Source of the DNA: Paragordius varius
Taxonomy: Eukaryota > Animalia > Nematomorpha
DNA length: 64,000 bases
Direction of reading: 5' to 3'
Assembly: GCA_964247055.1 (NCBI GenBank)
Contig: OZ176056.1
Coordinates: forward strand, 5,146,001 to 5,210,000
In this document: in pieces, positions 59,501-64,000 of the stretch
How positions within the stretch are numbered: position 1 is the stretch's first letter
Layout: each line of letters opens with the position of its first letter
The notes under the pieces: generated by a model
What the model was told of the DNA's origin: nothing
Database searches by the model: none
The model's input: the letters and a program-made list of their open reading frames with translations, nothing else
Made by a program: the position numbers and the translations under genes

Positions 59501-61328
59501 ATTTAGCCATTGTATGATTGTGAATAAGTGCATGTTTTTCCGAATTAGTCAGTTTAAAATTTTTTTCTACAAAATACTCGTATATTGGATCTACCACCAG
59601 CCAGTTAAATAAATTTATTTATATATGGGTGAAAGTATTAGTGTTAATAAAATACAAGTTGCCAATGCATTTAACGATTTTTTATTTTAATGGAAAAATA
59701 TCTGTGGAATATGCACAGATGGTGCAAGGGCGTTAACGGGCAAAAATATTGGTTTTAAATTATTTTTTCAAGTGCTCATTGTGATCATATGACTTTTACT
59801 CATTGCCTTATTCACCGAGAAGCTCGAATGGAAAAAAATAGCCCCAGAATCGAACGATGTGATTCGGGATGCTGTTAAAGTTATAAATTTTATTAAGAGC
59901 CATGCCCTTAACAGTCGCTTATTTTCAAATATCTGTAAGGAACGGATTCCATCTACACATCTTGGTTATTAAATGGAGAAGTAAGATGGTTGTCAAGAGG
60001 TCAAAGTTGAAGATTGTTTTTAAAGAACGAGATCAAAATATTCTTAACTGAACGAAAATTATTTGCTGCTTTTTTCCAAAATTAGTTGTGATCAGATATT
60101 TTTGCGATGTTAAACGATCTTAACTTGTTTTTTCAAGGAAAAAATTGCGATATATTTACTTCAAACAAATTCAAAGTTTTATTGAAAAGTTGGAAAAGTA
60201 GGGTCGAAAAAAATTCGTTCGAAATGTTTTCCGGTGTCGACAATTTTTTGCAGATTATTTTGATTATTAATTACCGAATAAAAAGAAAACTAAAATCTTG
60301 TTACAGAGGGCACTGACAAATTAAAACTAGAAGAGCAAATATAATTGTTTTTTCACAAAAGACGTTCCCAAAGACAATCTTTTCTTCAATCTTCATTAAA
60401 ACAAGTGAAAAGCTATGTTCGGAAGAGGAATGCTGGTATAAACAGTTTTTAGGAACCAGATGATAAAAATATATATACGATAATTGGTATTTTTTTATAA
60501 CAATAATTTTACGAGTTAAAAAACATTTTTTGTTAAATTGTATTTTTATCACTCGCGACCCCATTTTGCTACGCGACCCCAAATGGGGTCACGACCTATA
60601 GTTTAAGAACCCCTGATTTAAGCCCTTACCATTTTCTATAAAAGCAAAAAAAGGACACAAAACTGTCTATTTTTGAAATATAGAAAAATTAAGACCATCA
60701 ACCGTTTTTAGACCCAGTTTTCATCACAATTTAAAAAGGCTAAGAGGATAAGCTTCTGTATTATTCGTTTTTTATTACCGTAATTGTTAAATAAAATGAT
60801 TTAAACAGATTATACATTAAGATTAATCATTATACTTTAGGATTAGCCTAAATACCGCTATGTTTGATTTATTTTTACGCTTCGTTTTATTTCTTAGCTG
60901 AAAGCTATTAAATATATATATATATATATCAACTTTATAAAACAAGTAGCTCAACTTTAAACTATTTTTATTTAATTTAATATGGGTATTTATGACCTTA
61001 ATATATTTTTAAATGAATAATTAAATATAAGATTTTTACTTTCGTTATTGGAGGTGTTATGTCTAGAATATGGGCTTCGTTTTCGCCATCTGTTGATTAG
61101 GATAACTACCATGTACCCAATCAAAACTAATAAAAGTACGGACAGTATTATTGTGAACGATAGTAGCCAATAGAATTGCTTACCTCTACTCCCCACCGAG
61201 GATTTTGATACAAAATTATGTTCAAATCTTTTATATGGTATTGGTTTGGGTAGATATAAATTCATGTGGCTAGGATTTATTTTTGCTTTCAAAGGTCCAG
61301 TTTTAGGATATAAGAGAATTTTATCCAT
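20481..61328 (-). CDS. SYT7: Synaptotagmin-7-like protein (gene span, 13-exon model, ~1,220 aa)
   Basis: N-terminal TM ([27 protein letters not shown] followed by RWRKR), long linker, C2A ([23 protein letters not shown]...[16 protein letters not shown]) and C2B ([16 protein letters not shown]...[13 protein letters not shown]...[17 protein letters not shown]), matching the Syt7 pattern. All junctions are GT-AG and phase-compatible. C2 exons are high confidence, linker exons moderate. Confidence 0.85.
20890..21084 (-). CDS. SYT7: Syt7-like exon 12 (C2B)
   Basis: [66 protein letters not shown]; AG/GT boundaries, 195 nt. Confidence 0.92.
21239..21350 (-). CDS. SYT7: Syt7-like exon 11 (C2B start)
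   Basis: [37 protein letters not shown]; 112 nt. Confidence 0.92.
22060..22620 (-). pseudogene. Possible highly decayed mariner transposase remnant (intronic)
   Basis: Minus-strand fragments RDRFFLERV and SPYLAPWLF resemble the mariner FLxRI and YSPDLAP regions; weak. Confidence 0.3.
22775..23026. mobile_element. hAT MITE in a Syt7 intron
   Basis: Ends AAGGGGTGCTCAACAC / TTTTGGACACCCCTG; TSD GACTAGAC (22767-22774) vs GTCTAGAC (23027-23034), 7/8 identical. Confidence 0.75.
23057..23226 (-). CDS. SYT7: Syt7-like exon 10 (C2A end)
   Basis: [57 protein letters not shown]; acag|GA ... TCG|gtatgc. Confidence 0.93.
24226..24509. mobile_element. hAT MITE (CAGGGGTGTCCAAC-type ends)
   Basis: CAAGGGTGTCCAACAC ... 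GTGTTGGAAACTCCTG with GCGGCC/GCCCGC-like subterminal motifs; no clean TSD. Confidence 0.6.
24876..25032 (-). CDS. SYT7: Syt7-like exon 9 (C2A)
   Basis: [53 protein letters not shown]; 157 nt. Confidence 0.93.
25114..25251 (-). CDS. SYT7: Syt7-like exon 8 (linker end/C2A start)
   Basis: [46 protein letters not shown]; 138 nt, phase 0-0; 81-nt intron to exon 9. Confidence 0.9.
25920..26088 (-). CDS. SYT7: Syt7-like exon 7 (linker)
   Basis: tatag|A TTA GGC...CAG|gttacc; [56 protein letters not shown]; phase 2-0. Confidence 0.75.
26115..26410. mobile_element. MITE family D, degenerate copy
   Basis: Contains caaattcaccc and agggtaaattggaattg inverted motifs and ends aatggcatata. Confidence 0.45.
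28654..28716. repeat. (TTA)n microsatellite
   Basis: About 20 TTA units with one interruption. Confidence 0.95.
30178..30192. repeat. G15 homopolymer
   Basis: 15 consecutive G in AT-rich context. Confidence 0.9.
30750..31382 (-). mobile_element. hAT MITE family F, copy 2 (inverted, eroded ends)
   Basis: Reverse-complement match to 13839-14535 (gtggtcatgaccgtggtcatgaccatggtc...ggacttttttgaaaaagcagtcaaat). Confidence 0.8.
31900..33060 (+). pseudogene. Possible highly decayed Penelope remnant
   Basis: Ordered fragments resembling FTNxI, xxFNGQLF and [16 protein letters not shown] (GIY-YIG C-terminal RxIxESIxI); no continuous frame. Confidence 0.35.
33396..34615. mobile_element. Fold-back Tc1/mariner-type MITE family C, copy 1
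   Basis: Begins (C/T)AGTGTGCAAAAAAGAGGGT after a TA run; arms of roughly 500 bp are reverse complements; homologous to 37510-39916 and 49883-50470. Confidence 0.8.
35975..36550. repeat. Dispersed repeat/MITE family G, copy 2 (inverted)
   Basis: Reverse complement of ~3690-4262. Confidence 0.7.
37510..39916. mobile_element. Two fused family-C fold-back MITEs (junction at TTTTTTGCAAAAAA ~38780-38793)
   Basis: C2 (37510-~38789) and C3 (~38785-39916) each show left and right arms; C2 carries MITE D2. Confidence 0.75.
38311..38676. mobile_element. MITE family D, copy 2, nested in family C
   Basis: TA|TACCATTT...AAATGGTA|TA; the uninterrupted family-C site (ctcaaTAtttca at ~39791) shows a TA duplication. 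Confidence 0.85.
39947..40448. mobile_element. MITE family E, copy 2
   Basis: TACCATTTGCACTT ... AAGTGCAAATGGTA|TA; colinear with 13223-13766. Confidence 0.8.
40463..42653 (-). mobile_element. Decayed hAT (Buster/Charlie-like) DNA transposon
   Basis: TIRs CAGTGGTACTCA / TGAGTATCACTG; perfect 8-bp TSD ATATAGAT (40455-40462, 42654-42661); remnants [48 protein letters not shown]. Confidence 0.92.
43459..43714. mobile_element. hAT MITE
   Basis: CACGGGTGTCCAACAC ... GGTTGCACCCCTTG with GCGGCC-type subterminal motifs. Confidence 0.55.
44559..45407 (-). CDS. SYT7: Syt7-like exon 6 (linker, 849 nt)
   Basis: Within the 290-aa ORF 44546-45418; acceptor catgag|T GAT AAG and donor TTT AA|gtatat, phase 2-2, compatible with exons 5 and 7. 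The GAG acceptor is weak. Confidence 0.65.
46459..46761. mobile_element. MITE family D, copy 3
   Basis: TA|TACCATTTACAC...GTAAATGGTA|TA with 21-bp subterminal units. Confidence 0.8.
47712..47882. mobile_element. Tc1-type MITE family I (intact)
   Basis: TA|CAGTATGAGTAAG...CTTACTCATACTG|TA, imperfect fold-back. Confidence 0.8.
48376..48688 (-). CDS. SYT7: Syt7-like exon 5 (linker)
   Basis: ttaag|AA ATC CAT...AAA AG|gtaaga; 313 nt open, phase 1-2; [20 protein letters not shown]...GKAVDTK. Confidence 0.7.
49883..50470. mobile_element. Family-C MITE, internally deleted copy
   Basis: CACTGTGTGCAAAAAAG ... TTTTTTGCTTACAGTG|TA. Confidence 0.8.
50515..52867 (-). mobile_element. Non-autonomous Helitron B1
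   Basis: 3' end CTAG|T on the minus strand (plus 50515-50518) with a GCGAAGC hairpin; colinear with copy A but lacking the Penelope insertion. Confidence 0.75.
52868..54049 (-). mobile_element. Non-autonomous Helitron B2 (duplicated 5' module, different 3' end)
   Basis: 5' A|TCTATATATTTATAATGG at 54049; 3' CTAG at 52868-52871 with hairpins GCTGC-GTA-GCAGC and GAAGTCC-GAA-GGACTTC; directly abuts B1. Confidence 0.7.
54459..54968 (-). CDS. SYT7: Syt7-like exon 4 (linker)
   Basis: tag|CA GTT (or cag|TT)...AAG G|gtaaat; 510/507 nt open, phase 1-1; includes ORF 54445-54879. Confidence 0.7.
55032..55151 (-). CDS. SYT7: Syt7-like exon 3 (linker)
   Basis: ttag|AT AAA CCC...AAA A|gtaaaa; [39 protein letters not shown]; 120 nt, phase 1-1; 63-nt intron to exon 4. 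Confidence 0.65.
55808..56353 (-). CDS. SYT7: Syt7-like exon 2 (linker)
   Basis: tttacag|GC ACT; within the 202-aa ORF 55755-56363; two candidate phase-1 donors (exon end 55823 or 55808). Confidence 0.65.
57960..58860 (+). pseudogene. Decayed mariner (Mos1-like) transposase
   Basis: Ordered remnants [35 protein letters not shown] and TPYSPGL, matching mariner TGDEKW, KxMLCVW, LLHDNA and PYSPDL motifs; many frameshifts. Confidence 0.75.
59129..60615 (+). mobile_element. Internally deleted hAT (Buster/Charlie-like) transposon
   Basis: TIRs CAGGGCTTCTTAAAC / GTTTAAGAACCCCTG; TSD ACTTAAGC vs ATTTAAGC (7/8); remnants [46 protein letters not shown]. Confidence 0.9.
61040..61328 (-). CDS. SYT7: Syt7-like exon 1 (luminal N-terminus + TM)
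   Basis: ATG at 61328; hydrophobic TM followed by RWRKR; donor GAA A|gtaaaa (phase 1). The true 5' end may extend upstream. Confidence 0.75.
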
Positions 61329-64000
61329 TTTAAATTACTGTTAGTTATTAAATAGTGATGGTATCTCTCTAAACTTTCAATTGATGCACAAGCAACGGAA
61401 TTTATGAAATGGTTTTTTGCAGTTCCCTCTGGAGACACATAAAAGCTATCAAAGTTAAAATGCTCACATGGGATAAACTATAATTAGTGTCAAAAACAGC
61501 ATATAACAACTTGGTAAAAATCCCCAACAACTATACTACACAAATTATATGCGTGTTTTGTTGTGTTTCAATTAAATATTAATTAGAAGCAGGTATTTTC
61601 CATGACTCATTATCAAGCTCAATATTTTTTGTAGCAAGTAGCCAATTAGTTCAATAAATTATGGTATTAAAATATATTTTGCGACAATCTCAATAAGTTA
61701 ATATAATTTTGCAAAAAAACATGACGCAATGATAAGAAATTTCAACTATTGAGTTAGAGTATATGTATGACATAATTCGATAGATCTCGAAAGATTAATT
61801 TATCATTTGCAATAATATAATATATCCAAGAAATAGTTTATTTTGTTATTATGGTTAAATATTGAAAATAAGTGTAATCTTTTTTGGAGGTAGGCGATCG
61901 ATAAAGTAATGAATTTTTTATTACTTTTTCAAAAAACTGATATGTATGCTATTAGACATTCAATTTTAAAATTAAAACTAACTATATAATTATAGCGAAT
62001 TAAGAATTTTTTCTAAGTAAATTGAAGATATAAAATTATATTTTTTAAATTTATATAAAATATTAAATAAATTACAATATAAATTAATATTTTATACAAA
62101 ATTTTTATATGTTATATTTTCAGAATGAATATTGGCCAAAAAATGTTTATAAATAAAAAGCGATTTTCGTAAAATACACTACAAGTGGTTGGCTTTTTCA
62201 TCATGATAATTTTTTATATAAGAATAGTGGATTATGAGATTAACGGAACAGGCTAATCACCACACTTATATATGCATACCAAAATAAAAAAATAAAAAAA
62301 ATAATTTTCCAAAAATTTGTTTGAGCCAAATGTGTTAGGACAGATTTTTTGTGATTTATTCCACCAATAAAATCCTATTTAATTGAAAAAATATTTTCTC
62401 TGTGAAAATTATTAATTCTGTAAGCAAATATAGATTATTAATTGATTTTATAAATATAAATAAGATTTTTTAAATTATATTTTTGTAATTTTAAAGTTAT
62501 TGTCTTATAGTCTAACGATCAATATTTTTTTAAATTCGGCAACCTGACCATCATATAATTATATCTTTAAAAGCAAGATCCAAAAAATTAGAAATCCAGA
62601 TTAAAAAGTAAAATAGTTGGATATTTTAAAACTTAAATTTTACACTATGACTTATTTTGCATGGTTAAAATTAATAAAAAAATGTAATGTTGTATAGATT
62701 TCATTACATATCAAGATAAAACCAAGTTGGTTGGCAACAAAGACCTTGAAATTAACTACGTATACTACTAAAATATATGTGCTCAATTATTTTATTGGAA
62801 AAATGACAAATCATATTTTTTGGTAAAGTTTTTTTAGTTGATGATACTGTTATCAGACCTTCCATCATAAGATTGAGCGAAAAATGTTATCTCATATAAT
62901 AATATTATAGAGGTTAATACAGTTTAGGTATACAAGATAACAAGCAGCACATTGATTATGGACATTAGTGAACATCACGTTTTAAGTCAATTATAGAATT
63001 TCAACACTACTTTCTTATACTAATTCAGTTTATGAAAAAGGAATGAATATAAAACTACTATAATCTGTTATTAAATTAAGTAGAAGATCAAATAGTATCC
63101 AATTTTACTTTTCTAACTCACAGTTTAAGTAATGAACAAAATACTGGCTTGAAAGTTGTTTTGGTTGACAAACCCTCTTCTCTATATTAATAAAATTTCC
63201 TAATTTTTCCCTTTTTGACCTCTGAAATCCCAAATTCAGATTGCTTCAGAATAAAAACGAACAGCTAAAATCAATTTTATAAAATTTGCTGTACACATTT
63301 ATATACCCGTATTTATTTAAAAAATTAATAGGAATAAGCGGCGTAAATGTAGGAGATTACGATACTATACATTTTAAATGTATCATGCGCCTAGTATAAG
63401 GAAAGCAATTAAAATTGGTCCAATGCTATAAATATATTTTAAAAATATTATTTTAAATATCTTCTAAATCATGAAGTGTTAATGTATAGAAAAATTGGAT
63501 TCTGGTATGCAAGAATTTTTTACATACCATGAATAAAAAAATATTTTTAAAATGATTCGTTTGTTTTGCAATATATGAATATAGCAACCAACATTGGCGG
63601 TGTCAGAAATTTTAAACACTAATAATGTGGCCCCATAAAAGGAATTTTAAGTCAATTTATCCAAGATATAAATTTAAATTTTTTTATGTGAATGTACTTT
63701 AAATGAATTTATCAATAATTTAAATGCGCGGCATAAATATTATCACCTTGTTCAGAAATTATTAAATCACCGTTTAAATTATCGTAAAATATTGATTATG
63801 CATTTTTTTATACTATGGTAAATTGCTTCAACCTATTTTAAATTTATTAAAAACAAAACTTATCAATAAGAGTATCGGTAATATCAAAATATTTGCATCA
63901 AATCTTTGAACTGAATATTATGAATTACAAACTGAATGTATTACTAACAATGACAAAAAAAGCCTCGCGTCTCAGTCTAAACTGTAATTATATTTTTGAT

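Noticed and set aside
62100-63300. Scattered exon-like open segments on both strands
   Set aside because: No consistent phase-compatible chain or recognisable protein could be assembled.

Overview
Very AT-rich, repeat-dense eukaryotic (metazoan, probably invertebrate) genomic DNA; the species cannot be determined from the sequence. No rRNA, tRNA or CRISPR features were seen. Three protein-coding genes were reconstructed by hand. (1) The 5' half of RNA polymerase III subunit RPC8/POLR3H (minus, 3475->3051), missed by the ORF track because its first three introns are only 21, 23 and 22 nt. (2) An orphan plus-strand gene with a Thr/Pro-rich segment (about 18.37-19.53 kb). (3) A synaptotagmin-7-like gene spanning about 41 kb (minus, 61328->20481, 13 exons, about 1,220 aa) with TM, an approximately 880-aa linker and intact C2A/C2B domains, whose exon phases suggest modular alternative splicing. 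The remainder is transposon-derived: non-autonomous Helitrons with internal ~155/310-bp repeats, one carrying a Penelope retroelement (inverted-repeat structure, 13-bp TSD, decayed hammerhead-like motif); three decayed hAT transposons and several hAT MITEs; several TA-flanked Tc1/mariner-type MITE families; mariner/Tc1 transposase remnants; and TA/TTA microsatellites. The most striking observation is the coexistence of 21-23-nt spliceosomal introns with introns up to about 18.5 kb. All gene models are manual and unvalidated by transcripts.
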